In this document: positions 37,878-48,044 of the stretch, one piece after another
Layout: each line of letters starts with the position of its first letter
Numbering within the stretch: the stretch's first letter is position 1
IMG/VR virus record: IMGVR_UViG_3300026484_000600
Strand: one strand, 5' to 3'
From: a virus
Taxonomy: Duplodnaviria > Heunggongvirae > Uroviricota > Caudoviricetes
Length of the DNA: 64,000 bases
The notes under the pieces: generated by a model
What the model was told of the DNA's origin: nothing
Database searches by the model: none
What the model saw: only the letters and a program-made list of their open reading frames with translations
Made by a program: the position numbers and the translations under genes

Positions 37878-39289
37878 TTCGATGTAATTAATTTATCGCC
37901 AACTTTAAGTGAAGCCATAATACAGTCTTCCACTATTTTTCCATCATCTAAGACTTTTGGAAAAATATGTCTTCCAGACACTTTGATAGTTTTTCCACTT
38001 TTTAAAGTGATTTCATATACTTCTTGTTCTTCTGGTTCAGTAACGGCTGTTACAGTTCTAAATTCATTATTAGTTCCAAGAACTTTATCACCTACATTGA
38101 TTTCTTCAATATTTATTTTACCGCTTGGGGTTGTTACTTTTTCTCCAAATGCTAGACATCGGTTGTATTGGTCTGCCGTCCATACAATAGTGTCAAAGAG
38201 TGTTGCTACAGCTCTTAATTCTTCAGATACATATTTATCTTTTTCAAACATTCCCTGCCAATTTTTCCCATTTGGTGTCATTAGACCCGCATAATCTAGA
38301 ATAATAATAGGGACAGTATTATATTTTTGTAGATAATTTCTTACAAATAATTCCAATTTCATTGCACTTAGTGTATTGGGTTGATAAAAATGAACGGTAA
38401 ATCTACCATAGCCTTTATTATCACATTTCTTTAGATGATTATAAATTTCCATTTCAGATTTTTCAATTTGGTGTGTTGGTATTTTAGTCGAATGTGTTAT
38501 ATATCTTTTCATGATTTTTTCTTCTTTTAGTTCCAACGAAATATATATAACATCTCTTTTCATTTGGATATAATTCCATGCTAAATTTATTAATCCTATT
38601 GATTTACCACCGCCTGATTTAGCTAGTAAATAATTTAAACTAGGAATTGTTACACCTCCATCTAATTTATCATCTACGTTCCACCATCCAGTAGGAATTG
38701 TAGCTTCAGTTGATGTCAGCATTTTAAATAAATCTCGAAAATTATCTTTATCAGTATCTATGGTTACACCTAGTTTTGTATCGATATCAACATTTACTGC
38801 TTCTTTAATTTTCTTTTCAATAGTTCCATAATCTTCTTCTTCTAAAAGCTCGATACTATCTTCGATTGCACCTTTCATACTCATATTTTTTATAAATGCA
38901 TTTAGATAATCTTCAAGATATTCTGTTGGCCAAGGTTTATTTATATCTAACCAGTCATCATGCACATTATCTAAGTTTAACTCTAATAATATAGCATCTT
39001 CTGGAGGAATACTTTTATATAAATCATAATAATCGATCATGAAATCAACTATTAATTTATTGATTTTTGACTCAAAAAAATCTTTATCTAAAAATGTTAT
39101 ACCCTTAACAAATAACTCTGGATTATTAATAAGTTGAGCAAGTAAAACCCGTTCTTTATCTTCAATATCTAATAGTTTACCTTCCGAACGTTCAACATTC
39201 TTTTTTTTCTTTTTCTTTTTCGATGATGATTCTGCTTCTAATTCGGCTAAAGCGTCTTCATATTCTGTATCATCTATTTGCTCATCCAT
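37868..39289 (-). CDS. gp41/DnaB-family replicative helicase whose ORF terminates in a 96-aa split-intein N-fragment
   Basis: DnaB motifs IPTGWWNVDDKLDGG, Walker A LAKSGGGKSIGL and the arginine-finger region DQYNR. Then CLAFGEKVTTPSGKINIEEINVGDKV (intein block A, Cys1) and a SGRHIFP block-B-like segment, followed by a stop. No C-extein follows. Confidence 0.75.
   Translation of the reverse strand: MDEQIDDTEYEDALAELEAESSSKKKKKKKNVERSEGKLLDIEDKERVLLAQLINNPELFVKGITFLDKDFFESKINKLIVDFMIDYYDLYKSIPPEDAILLELNLDNVHDDWLDINKPWPTEYLEDYLNAFIKNMSMKGAIEDSIELLEEEDYGTIEKKIKEAVNVDIDTKLGVTIDTDKDNFRDLFKMLTSTEATIPTGWWNVDDKLDGGVTIPSLNYLLAKSGGGKSIGLINLAWNYIQMKRDVIYISLELKEEKIMKRYITHSTKIPTHQIEKSEMEIYNHLKKCDNKGYGRFTVHFYQPNTLSAMKLELFVRNYLQKYNTVPIIILDYAGLMTPNGKNWQGMFEKDKYVSEELRAVATLFDTIVWTADQYNRCLAFGEKVTTPSGKINIEEINVGDKVLGTNNEFRTVTAVTEPEEQEVYEITLKSGKTIKVSGRHIFPKVLDDGKIVEDCIMASLKVGDKLITSKEE
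37871..38158 (-). mobile_element. Split-intein IntN (blocks A and B) at the end of the gp41/DnaB gene
   Basis: 96 aa starting with Cys directly after the helicase QYNR motif. The gene ends without blocks F/G or a C-extein. Confidence 0.6.
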
Positions 39290-39345
39290 TACAAAACCTT
39301 ATTTTTTTATATCAATTTTACAATTTTTATTACATAAATAAAAGT

Positions 39346-39876
39346 ATGAAACAATTAATACAATTAAAACAAAAAAATATAAAAGAATTAAAAGAAAAAT
39401 TATGGTTGGAAAATAATAAAATCTGTCCATTATTAGGAATTGAGGTTGAACTTGATAAAATGGTGTTAGATCATATTCATAAATTAAAAAATGAAGAATG
39501 TTCTGAACAAAAAGGAACGATTAGGAATGCTTTAGAGTTCAGAGCGAATGCAATGGAAGGAAAAATCACGAATAATTGGAAAAGGTATTTTGGTTCAAAT
39601 GAAACTAATCACCCAATTAGTTTACCAGATTTTTTACGAAATTTAGCAGATTATTTAGAAGCTGGAGCATATCAAGATAAAGAAGGGAATTTTTATATAC
39701 ATCCTTCAGAAGAACCAAAAGCTCAAAAAGTATCTAAACGAAATTATAATAAATTAAAAAAAGAATATGATTTGAGTGGTCGAAAGAAAAAATTTCCTGA
39801 ATTTCCAAAGTCAGGAAAATTAACAGTAGGATTAAAGGCTCTATTTGAAGAATTCAGCATAGAGCCTTATAATTGA
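39346..39876 (+). CDS. Recombination endonuclease VII (T4 gp49 family, Holliday junction resolvase)
   Basis: NKICPLLGIEVELDKMVLDHIHKL...KGTIRNALEFRANAMEG parallels T4 EndoVII GKCLICQREL...LDHDHEL...VRGLLCNLCNAAEG. Start chosen at the internal ATG (MKQLIQL) to avoid overlap with the DnaB gene start. Confidence 0.6.
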   Translation: MKQLIQLKQKNIKELKEKLWLENNKICPLLGIEVELDKMVLDHIHKLKNEECSEQKGTIRNALEFRANAMEGKITNNWKRYFGSNETNHPISLPDFLRNLADYLEAGAYQDKEGNFYIHPSEEPKAQKVSKRNYNKLKKEYDLSGRKKKFPEFPKSGKLTVGLKALFEEFSIEPYN

Positions 39877-39878
39877 AA

Positions 39879-40088
39879 TTAATAATCTAGAGTTGTTCTA
39901 AACTCTTTTACAATAGCTGTTAGTTCTTTAGCTGTAAAGGGCATATCAGGAAATTTATGTTTCAAGTATGCTTTTAAGTCGTTTGCTCTAGTTTTACCTG
40001 ATTCTGCCATTGCTTGTCGTAATACATCTTCTGTGATGTTTGAATTTTCATTTAATGCGTTTTTATTTAATAGTTCACTTAATTTCAT
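39879..40088 (-). CDS. Hypothetical protein
   Basis: 69-aa ORF. Confidence 0.4.
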   Translation of the reverse strand: MKLSELLNKNALNENSNITEDVLRQAMAESGKTRANDLKAYLKHKFPDMPFTAKELTAIVKEFRTTLDY

Positions 40089-40131
40089 AGTAACTCCTTA
40101 TTTTTTTATATTTTTATTTATATTTAAAATA

Positions 40132-40512
40132 TTAATTTATTAGATCTTTTTCAATGTCAGTATCTGTATATGCATGTGATTGAATACCCTCTGTTTTATC
40201 TCTGCTTGCTACATCCCAAGTTGGAGTTTTTAAACCGTTAGTTCCAGGGTTGAAAACTTCACCATCAAACATATCAATTTGTTCAAGATATGGAGTCATA
40301 TTTTCGATTTCCTCAAACACAATAATATATCCAGCTATTTCTATAGCTTTTAGTTCATAATTAATACCAATTGGTGAAAAACTTAAAGCGTTAATTCTTA
40401 CTAAATTAACATCTTCAATATCCTCGAGAGCATCTCTATCTACGGTTCTTAAATTACCATTGATGATGTTTGATATACCTGCTTTACCTTTTTCAAATTC
40501 TATCCGTACCAT
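40132..40512 (-). CDS. Hypothetical protein, paralogue of the next gene
   Basis: 126 aa. C-terminal motif HAYTDTDIEKDLIN is shared with the 40512..40868 product (HTYEDTNVEQDLIN). Confidence 0.45.
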   Translation of the reverse strand: MVRIEFEKGKAGISNIINGNLRTVDRDALEDIEDVNLVRINALSFSPIGINYELKAIEIAGYIIVFEEIENMTPYLEQIDMFDGEVFNPGTNGLKTPTWDVASRDKTEGIQSHAYTDTDIEKDLIN

Positions 40513-40868
40513 TATGCGTCACCATTAATTAAATCTTGTTCGACATTAGTATCTTCATATGTATGATTCATAATTTTACCTGTAGGTATTTTATCATAAT
40601 GCGGATCTTCGGCAAGACCACTAACATAAGGATTATATGGGTTTGACGTTGCTAATTCCATTTGTGTAGAATATATATGTAAACTATCAAGAGATGAAAA
40701 ACTGATTTTAATATCAGTTGTACCTAAAAAAGTTAGAATATTATTATCTCTGTCAATACTCCATCCCATAGATCCTGTCGTCACAACATTAATCATTTCA
40801 AATTCAATATTTGATGTTTTAATTGATTCAATATTTGGATCCAGGTCTTTATCAAAATTTATAACCAT
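40512..40868 (-). CDS. Hypothetical protein, paralogue of the previous gene
   Basis: 118 aa. Shares the conserved C-terminal YxDT[DN][IV]E[KQ]DLIN motif. Confidence 0.45.
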   Translation of the reverse strand: MVINFDKDLDPNIESIKTSNIEFEMINVVTTGSMGWSIDRDNNILTFLGTTDIKISFSSLDSLHIYSTQMELATSNPYNPYVSGLAEDPHYDKIPTGKIMNHTYEDTNVEQDLINGDA

Positions 40869-40890
40869 GAAAACCGTCCTTATTTTTCTT

Positions 40891-41835
40891 TTATTTATTC
40901 AATGTAATTAAATTATTATTAATAATTTTTTTAACGACTTTCATACGTTCTTTAACTTTTGTATAATATTGTGTGTTGTTCCAACCACCATTATATCGAC
41001 CTATTGCCTTTTTAAGGGGGTTTTTAAAATGTTTTTTCTTAGCTTGTTCATAGCATAAAAGAAGATAATGTCCTGCAATCTCAGCACCAAAATTAAAATC
41101 GCTCAATAATTTATTAACTATTAATACATCTTTATCTACTTTTCTCTTCATTTTTATATATTGTTTTTTTACCTCTTTAAGATATACTAAATCTTTTGGA
41201 TATTTTTCTTTTAATTTGAGTGTTAATTTTTTAATATTATTTTTATGAATTGTTTTATGATATTTTAACTCTTTTTTAGCCCATTTAAAAGTTCTTATTG
41301 CTCTTTTTTCTCCGGCTTTATACCTTTTAATCCAAATAGGATTATTTAAAATTGATTCATAATATAATATTTTATCATAATTTTTATTATTTAGTAGGCA
41401 TGAAGCTTTGGCTTCAAGATAGCTATTGAAACCATCTGACGTAATAGATTTTAGATAAATATAATCTGATTTGTATTTTGCAAACTTATCATAATCTATT
41501 TTTCCATCATAAATTAAATATGAGTATTTCTTTTTTAAATGTTGAAATTTTTTAATTGTGATTTTTGCTGTTTCTAATTTTACCTGGAAATTTCCTAATG
41601 ATGAATCATAAAGTGGTTTTAATTTTCCATTCTCCCACTTATCGCCAACAACATATCGTCCCCAAGAACTTTCTTGACCCATAATACTTGCTAAACTATA
41701 ACCAAAAGTCATCCCATCTTTAGCTTTTATATTTTTACCTGTTTTATACGCTGATTGTATTTTGTTTATTTGTTCTACATTTAATGCTTGTAGAGAAGAT
41801 AATATGATAAATAAAAAAGTAATCATAAATTTCAA
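40891..41835 (-). CDS. Secreted lytic transglycosylase (SLT domain)
   Basis: Signal peptide MKFMITFLFIILSSLQA. SLT catalytic region LASIMGQESSWG (the ES motif) and GNFQV (GLMQ-like). Confidence 0.5.
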   Translation of the reverse strand: MKFMITFLFIILSSLQALNVEQINKIQSAYKTGKNIKAKDGMTFGYSLASIMGQESSWGRYVVGDKWENGKLKPLYDSSLGNFQVKLETAKITIKKFQHLKKKYSYLIYDGKIDYDKFAKYKSDYIYLKSITSDGFNSYLEAKASCLLNNKNYDKILYYESILNNPIWIKRYKAGEKRAIRTFKWAKKELKYHKTIHKNNIKKLTLKLKEKYPKDLVYLKEVKKQYIKMKRKVDKDVLIVNKLLSDFNFGAEIAGHYLLLCYEQAKKKHFKNPLKKAIGRYNGGWNNTQYYTKVKERMKVVKKIINNNLITLNK

Positions 41836-41994
41836 TTTGAATTCCTTTTAATGGTGTATTTCATATTTATTATACCTAATTATAATTTAAATATAAATTA
41901 AGAAAAAATGTATAATTAATATATTATGTGATAACCAATCGTCTTTAGTGGTTGGGTTTTCTCAGTTAGGTATATAACAATTTTAGGAAAGTAA

Positions 41995-42414
41995 ATGGAA
42001 GAAATAGAATTAACTTTTGAACAATTATTTAAAATAATATCATTAGAAGAAAATATTGCGTTTCGTAGAGATGAAGAATATTTTCAACAAACACCAATAC
42101 AGATTCAAAATGAATATGGTGAGTGGATTGATATAAAAGGTCTTATTGTAAAAGAAGATAATTTAATAAAATTAGAAATTAATGCGACAGAGTATATAAT
42201 AACTACTGACAATCATATTTTGATGCTTGATGACCACACCTTAAAAAAGGTCAATAAATTGTCTATAGGTGATAGATTATATAATATTGATGAAAATCAT
42301 ATGGCTGTAGTTACAAATATAGAGAATTTGTATGAACAGGGCTTATTATATGATGTTGAAGTTGATTCTGAAAATCATTTATATCAAATAGCAAATGGTA
42401 CCATTCATCACAAT
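41995..42414 (+). mobile_element. Long IntC of an atypically split intein
   Basis: 140 aa ending ...NGTIHHN|T. It complements the 28-aa IntN at 23945-24028. The reconstituted junction reads GAGK-T (Walker A). Confidence 0.65.
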
Positions 42415-43404
42415 ACGTTATTAACGTCGGCTATTGTTAAATATGCCAATAAACTAAATATGAAAACGATTGTTATTGTTCCATCATCATCATTATTAAA
42501 GCAAACTTATGATTATATAAAACAATTTGATATTCCAGTTGGTATGTTTGGTAGTGGTAAAAAAGATGATGAAGTTAATATTGTGGCTACCTGGCAAACG
42601 TTACAAAATAATAAACATTTTATTCGTGATTTTGAATGTGTTATATGGGATGAGTGTCATAATGCCAAAGCGTATGTAGCTCAACAAATTATGAATGAAG
42701 CAAAAAATTCATATCTTCGAATAGGTTTGACTGGTACCGTGCCGAAAGATCCATTAGATAAAGCTAATTTAACAGCTGGTTTTGGACCAGTAGTTTATGA
42801 TATAAAAGCTCATGAATTACAAAAGAGAAACATATTATCTTCAATAGATATTAATATTTTTGAACTAGTTTATCCTAAAGAATATTTGGGTTCATTTATT
42901 GATTGGCATGAAGAAACTGTTTTTTTACAAAGTAATGAAATGTTTCAAAAATTAATGAAAGCAATTGTTGACTCATTAGAGGGTAATACATTGATATTAA
43001 TGAAGAATATAGATCCAGCTGAGGATTTATCAGAATTTTTAGAGTGTGAATATATTAGCTCGAAATTATCCGTTAATAAAAGACAGGAAAAATTTAATGA
43101 ATTTGTTTATGGTGGTAATTTAATAACTGTTGGTACATATTCATTACTTAGTACTGGAATTGATATTGTTCATATTAATAATTTAATTCTTGCACCAACA
43201 CCTGGCAAAAGTTTTACTAAAGTTATACAATCGATTGGTAGGGGTCTTAGAAGAAAGGAGGGACAAAAAGAGCATGTTACTGTAATCGATATGACATCCA
43301 ATTTGAAATATGATAAAAAACATATAAAAGCTAGAAAAGATTTTTATAAAGAGGCTCAATATCCATTTGAAGTTGAAAAGATAGAATTAAAAAACTTTAA
43401 ATAA
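41995..43404 (+). CDS. uvsW: Split-intein C-fragment (about 140 aa, blocks B/F/G ending HHN) fused to the C-extein of the UvsW-like SF2 helicase
   Basis: The N-terminus carries TDNH (block B), LLYDVEVDSENHLYQIANG (block F) and IHHN (block G). After +1 Thr the sequence is TLLTSAIVKYANK...IVIVPSS (motif Ia), VIWDECHNA (motif II), LTGT (III), LLSTGIDIV (V) and QSIGRGLRR (VI). It aligns with T4 UvsW. Confidence 0.75.
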   Translation: MEEIELTFEQLFKIISLEENIAFRRDEEYFQQTPIQIQNEYGEWIDIKGLIVKEDNLIKLEINATEYIITTDNHILMLDDHTLKKVNKLSIGDRLYNIDENHMAVVTNIENLYEQGLLYDVEVDSENHLYQIANGTIHHNTLLTSAIVKYANKLNMKTIVIVPSSSLLKQTYDYIKQFDIPVGMFGSGKKDDEVNIVATWQTLQNNKHFIRDFECVIWDECHNAKAYVAQQIMNEAKNSYLRIGLTGTVPKDPLDKANLTAGFGPVVYDIKAHELQKRNILSSIDINIFELVYPKEYLGSFIDWHEETVFLQSNEMFQKLMKAIVDSLEGNTLILMKNIDPAEDLSEFLECEYISSKLSVNKRQEKFNEFVYGGNLITVGTYSLLSTGIDIVHINNLILAPTPGKSFTKVIQSIGRGLRRKEGQKEHVTVIDMTSNLKYDKKHIKARKDFYKEAQYPFEVEKIELKNFK

Positions 43405-43407
43405 AAT

Positions 43408-43848
43408 TTATTTAAAGTTTTCTTTTAAATCTATCACAGCTTTATTTATTTCATCAAATAAATTAGTATTTAATTTAATTAATTCATCGATAAAATCTTC
43501 ATTTACAGTATTTTTTTTTGGGTAAATTATTTGTTTATTAAATGTATCTGTTAATCTTTTAATTTTATTAAATAATTTATGACCATCAATACCGCTATTT
43601 ATTTTATTTGGTTGGATCTGAAATCCAATTTTTTTAGCATTGGGACTTATACCAAGATATATATAATATTTTGTACTATTTGGTCCGACTTTTATTGTCC
43701 AAATTTCGTTATCATCTTTTATATTGATTCTATATTTTCCAGAACCAGTTCCAAAACCTAATCTATTTGGCTGAATCTCTATAATATGGTTATTTAAACC
43801 TTTCCATCTTCTTTTTTTAGCTTCTAATAGAATATTTCTTATTTTCAT
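43408..43848 (-). CDS. Hypothetical protein
   Basis: 146-aa ORF convergent with the helicase fragment. No motif assigned. Confidence 0.4.
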   Translation of the reverse strand: MKIRNILLEAKKRRWKGLNNHIIEIQPNRLGFGTGSGKYRINIKDDNEIWTIKVGPNSTKYYIYLGISPNAKKIGFQIQPNKINSGIDGHKLFNKIKRLTDTFNKQIIYPKKNTVNEDFIDELIKLNTNLFDEINKAVIDLKENFK

Positions 43849-44018
43849 TATTAATGCCTTATCTTTCTTTTTATTTATATAATATACATAAAGTAATTTT
43901 TATTATTTGTTAATAGTCAAATATTTGAAAAAGATATAAATGGGGGAAATATTTCATAAATAAAAATGAGATTGGAATTATTCCTATCCGTTTAAATGTC
44001 AAAAAGGAGACTTTATTT

Positions 44019-45443
44019 ATGACTAAAAAATTTGAAAAAGTATTTTGTTTGGATACAAATATAATACTTGACGATGCAAAAAATCTATTTACATTATCGG
44101 ATAATGGTAAAAATCTTATTATTTTACCAGAAACGGTGCTAGATGAAATAGATAGTAAAAAAAGTGGTTGGGATGAAATAAATTTCCAAGCAAGAGAATT
44201 CGGTAGAATGTTATTTGATGCGGAAATTAAAGATAAAAGAGTTATAAAAGCAAACAATGACAACAATAAATCATTTGATATAGTTTTGATTGAAACTAAA
44301 GTAGATAATACTGTTATTCATATTATATCCAAAGAATTATATAAAGCTGATTCCGATAATACGAGTAATAGTATTAGAAATGATAGAAAGATTCTAGAAA
44401 TTACATTGGATTTAATACATAATACGGATGACATAAACTATGAACATATTAAATTTATATCATTAGATGTAATGGCTAGAACCAGAGCTATAAGTTTAGG
44501 ACTGGAGACAGAACCATTAAATTTAGGAAATAAAGAGGTTTCTTTAGATTTTATTAAAGAAATTGATTTAAATGGACAGGAAGTAAGAGAAGGAGATAAT
44601 ATTTTAGATTTTAACTCTGAACATAAACCAAATAATTTTAATTATATTTTTAACAAAGATGGGCAAAAAATACTTGCTTATATAATTAATAATAAAATAC
44701 AATTTTTAGATGAAAAAGAATTACGTAAACAGAATGTAAATCCTATGAATGTTGAACAATTATTTTTTAGTAATGCATTATTGGATGATCACTATAATAT
44801 TATTGTGGCTGAAGCAAAGGCTGGATCAGGTAAAACCCTTTTAGCTATTAGTGCAGCAATGGAATTGATTAAATGTAAAGAATATCAACGTATAGTTTAT
44901 ATTAGGAACTCAGTAGAATCCTTAGCTAAAGGAGAAGATGTAGGCTATCTTTCAACAAATGAGGCAAAATTTGAAATATATAATTTTCCATTGTTTGACA
45001 CCATTGCTTATATTGCAGGCCAAATGCTAAAAAAATCAAAAGAAAATAAGCCTGGTAAGGGAGAAACTGTAACTGAAGAACGAATATCTGAAAAAGTCCA
45101 AGAGTTAGTAGAACGTTATCAAGTTGAAACAATGTGGACAGGTAGTATGAGAGGACGGACACTTTCAAATGCTATCGTAATTATTGATGAAGCTCAAAAT
45201 ATGAGCAATTCTACATTACAGCTGGTACTAAGTCGAATAGACTCTTCTTGTAAAGTTATTGTACTAGGTTCAAATAGACAGATTGATAATCAATATATTA
45301 CACGATACACTAATGGTTTAACAACTCTTTTAAATGCCACAAAAGAAGACCATGAAGAAGTAAATTTATTTGGTATAGAATTACAAAAAGTTCTTAGAGG
45401 ACCTGTCACTCAATTTGCAGAACGAATTTTTTCAAAAGATTAA
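44019..45443 (+). CDS. phoH: PhoH-like ATPase with an N-terminal PIN domain (YlaK-like)
   Basis: N-terminal PIN signature VFCLDTNIILDD. P-loop AEAKAGSGKTLLAI and IIDEAQNMS Walker B. RBS AAAGGAG. Confidence 0.7.
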   Translation: MTKKFEKVFCLDTNIILDDAKNLFTLSDNGKNLIILPETVLDEIDSKKSGWDEINFQAREFGRMLFDAEIKDKRVIKANNDNNKSFDIVLIETKVDNTVIHIISKELYKADSDNTSNSIRNDRKILEITLDLIHNTDDINYEHIKFISLDVMARTRAISLGLETEPLNLGNKEVSLDFIKEIDLNGQEVREGDNILDFNSEHKPNNFNYIFNKDGQKILAYIINNKIQFLDEKELRKQNVNPMNVEQLFFSNALLDDHYNIIVAEAKAGSGKTLLAISAAMELIKCKEYQRIVYIRNSVESLAKGEDVGYLSTNEAKFEIYNFPLFDTIAYIAGQMLKKSKENKPGKGETVTEERISEKVQELVERYQVETMWTGSMRGRTLSNAIVIIDEAQNMSNSTLQLVLSRIDSSCKVIVLGSNRQIDNQYITRYTNGLTTLLNATKEDHEEVNLFGIELQKVLRGPVTQFAERIFSKD

Positions 45444-45501
45444 GGTGGGCTCCTTTACCTTGCCTATAAAAAGGAAAAAATTGAAATAGGATTCTCCTAT
45501 T

Positions 45502-45999
45502 TCAATTAATTTTTTCTGCATGACATTTTAATGTTTTGCCTAACATAATTGTATTGATTTCAATAGCATTAATGCATGTAAAACCAAATTTTTTAAATAT
45601 TTCTAAATTCTCTTCTTTATCATCAAAAGCAAGAAATGGTTTTAGGTCTGTAGAAGCAAATAATTCATCCAATTTTCTACTTTTAAGTATGTGGTCTAGC
45701 TCAATACTATCTTCTCTATGCAGGATCATATCAAAATGTAAGTCATGTTGTTTTAAAAATTCATAATCTGCATTAGTCATTTCTCTTGCAGTTACAGCGA
45801 TATTCGAAAAATTTGTTTTTTTAAATTCTTGAAAAACCTCTACTAAAGGTAAAAGTTTATCTTTGTTTATGAACTCTGATATTGAATGATCAACCCAATA
45901 GTCTAAATCTAAACCTTTATTTGGATCCCCAAATTTATTTAATCTGTGGGAGCTATCTATTAGTGTACAATCTAGATCAAATACATTTACGAATTGCAT
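45502..45999 (-). CDS. HAD-superfamily phosphatase
   Basis: Motif I VFDLDCTL, motif II IAVTARE, motif IV AFDDKEEN. Confidence 0.55.
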   Translation of the reverse strand: MQFVNVFDLDCTLIDSSHRLNKFGDPNKGLDLDYWVDHSISEFINKDKLLPLVEVFQEFKKTNFSNIAVTAREMTNADYEFLKQHDLHFDMILHREDSIELDHILKSRKLDELFASTDLKPFLAFDDKEENLEIFKKFGFTCINAIEINTIMLGKTLKCHAEKIN

Positions 46000-47036
46000 A
46001 ATAAATTCTTTTCATCTAATATTGAAACGCCGCCGATAACTTCATGTTCATCTTCATAGTATCCTTCTTCTTTTAAAATATCCCTTTTTCTATATAATTT
46101 TCTTAAAAATCTTTCTGTGAAATCAATAAGTTCTATAAGATTATCATCTTGTGAAGCGTGTCCTTGTGGTGCCCAATTTTTTCTAAAGATATTAAAAATT
46201 AGTAAGGTAATAATAAAATCTGATATAGTTTTATTTATTTCATCATTAGAGCTTAGAGTGTATGATGATCTCACTATCTTTTCTAGTTTGCCAAATGCGT
46301 GTCGATCAACACTTTCATAACTTCTTAGATATGATAACATGTTGCCCCACTTAGATGCTTTAGATTTTAATTTTTCACCACCCCATAATGAGTTTCTATC
46401 TTGAAATAAAAGTTCTATGAGTGTATCTTTTTCTTCATCACTTAGATTATCATCTTTTAATTTTTCTCTTATTTCGGTTTTATTTAAATTAGAATTATTA
46501 TTTACTAAAGTATTTAAAAATTCTTGTACATCATATTGTAAGTCTATATATTTTACTTCTCTATATTCGATTACTTCTTTCATAGCATCATAGGCATCAC
46601 AATCAAAAAGCATAAATGAAAATGTTTGTTCAGATTTTCCACTGCCAAAAGAATTTGTACTTAGACTTAAATAACCCCGTTCAATGAATTTTAAAATGGC
46701 TTCAGCACTAGTAAATTTTTCACCGTCATAACCTATTTCTTCATTATTAAAATAATTTTGTTTTGCAACTTCTTCCGATATAACAAGTTTATTTTCATTT
46801 ATTAATTCATTGAATAATAATATCAAAGATTTTGTTGCAAACGTATCTTTGATATTTTCGATAGAACCATAATCATCATAAGTACCTTCTATTAAAAAAG
46901 AAAAAGGTTTAGCCATTCCATTAGCATAGCATGATTTATATACTGCATTTTCATTTAAAATAATTACAGCATATACTAGTTCACCATAGCTAATAGATTT
47001 TTGTGATAACCCGCAAGTTTCATTCCAACATCCCAT
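45987..47036 (-). CDS. Hypothetical protein
   Basis: 349-aa ORF. Confidence 0.45.
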   Translation of the reverse strand: MGCWNETCGLSQKSISYGELVYAVIILNENAVYKSCYANGMAKPFSFLIEGTYDDYGSIENIKDTFATKSLILLFNELINENKLVISEEVAKQNYFNNEEIGYDGEKFTSAEAILKFIERGYLSLSTNSFGSGKSEQTFSFMLFDCDAYDAMKEVIEYREVKYIDLQYDVQEFLNTLVNNNSNLNKTEIREKLKDDNLSDEEKDTLIELLFQDRNSLWGGEKLKSKASKWGNMLSYLRSYESVDRHAFGKLEKIVRSSYTLSSNDEINKTISDFIITLLIFNIFRKNWAPQGHASQDDNLIELIDFTERFLRKLYRKRDILKEEGYYEDEHEVIGGVSILDEKNLLCNS

Positions 47037-47045
47037 AAGTTTCCT

Positions 47046-47414
47046 TTAATCAATTTTTATAAATTCATTAGGCATTGAATGATTTATTTGTGAACTAAAT
47101 TCTATCACTTTAAATGGTAAATTTTCAAAGTCACTTTTTTTGAGTGTTAATGATGCTCCATCTATACGAGATAATACGATTAAACCATCTTTACTATTGA
47201 GCTCTAAATTCTTTTCCATATCATCAGAATAATCTAGTCGAGCTCCATCAATTAACATGCATTTTGTATCAAAATAATGTTCGTTTTCGTCATCATCATT
47301 TTCTTTTACAATAGATTCAAAGAAAAATAACCCTTCTTTGTTGTGTAATCTAGCATGTGTAAAAATCCAATTTGGATCTATATTATTTTCATTCATAATT
47401 TCTAAAAGTGTCAT
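47046..47414 (-). CDS. Hypothetical protein
   Basis: 122-aa ORF. Confidence 0.4.
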   Translation of the reverse strand: MTLLEIMNENNIDPNWIFTHARLHNKEGLFFFESIVKENDDDENEHYFDTKCMLIDGARLDYSDDMEKNLELNSKDGLIVLSRIDGASLTLKKSDFENLPFKVIEFSSQINHSMPNEFIKID

Positions 47415-47809
47415 TGGTTATCCTTAATTTCAATAGGTATTGATAGTTTTCTAATTTTAAGTTTATCTGCTCCAATTTTAAGAGCTATTTCCGGATATTC
47501 ATCATTAATCTTATCCATTATTTTTTTATGTAATTCATCTTTACTTAAAATATCTTTTTTTAATGATATTATTAAATCATCATCAATAATAATTGGTGAT
47601 TTAGTTTGCCATTTTTCTACAATGTAAATTTCCTGTTCATTTGGATCTTTATCTCCAATAATTAACGGATTGCCATTATTCGATACAATAGTTGAATTAT
47701 CAAATGATGGATCTTGGCAAGATCCATCATGTAAATTACTACTTAAAATGTTTAAATCACCATCTATCGTATAGTCTGGAGTATTGATAGTTACAATATT
47801 ATCCATCAT
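47411..47809 (-). CDS. Hypothetical protein
   Basis: 132-aa ORF. Confidence 0.4.
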   Translation of the reverse strand: MMDNIVTINTPDYTIDGDLNILSSNLHDGSCQDPSFDNSTIVSNNGNPLIIGDKDPNEQEIYIVEKWQTKSPIIIDDDLIISLKKDILSKDELHKKIMDKINDEYPEIALKIGADKLKIRKLSIPIEIKDNQ

Positions 47810-48044
47810 TTTCCTTTTTAAACATCATAGATTTATACAGTATCCAAGTAACTACATTATCTAGTTCTACTAAGTTTGCATCTGGGAATTTATTAGAAAA
47901 TTTTTCTATTAAATCCGGTTGTAGAGTAAATTTTATTGAGTCTTTATTTTCATTTAATTCTGTATGTGAAATAAGGTCATTTAGCCCATTTTTAACTAAA
48001 CTTAATACAAAATCAGCTTGATTTTCATTTATAGACGGCAACAT
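47799..48044 (-). CDS. Hypothetical protein
   Basis: 81-aa ORF. Confidence 0.35.
   Translation of the reverse strand: MLPSINENQADFVLSLVKNGLNDLISHTELNENKDSIKFTLQPDLIEKFSNKFPDANLVELDNVVTWILYKSMMFKKENDG

Noticed and set aside
39223-39345. Upstream extension of the endonuclease VII ORF (MMILLLIRL...)
   Set aside because: The extension overlaps the DnaB gene start on the other strand and is a hydrophobic low-complexity translation. The EndoVII homology begins at the internal Met (MKQLIQL).
43910-44266. 118-aa minus-strand ORF overlapping the phoH start
   Set aside because: It is antisense to a strongly supported PhoH gene with a good RBS. Its composition is Leu/Ser/Phe-rich, typical of AT-rich antisense frames.
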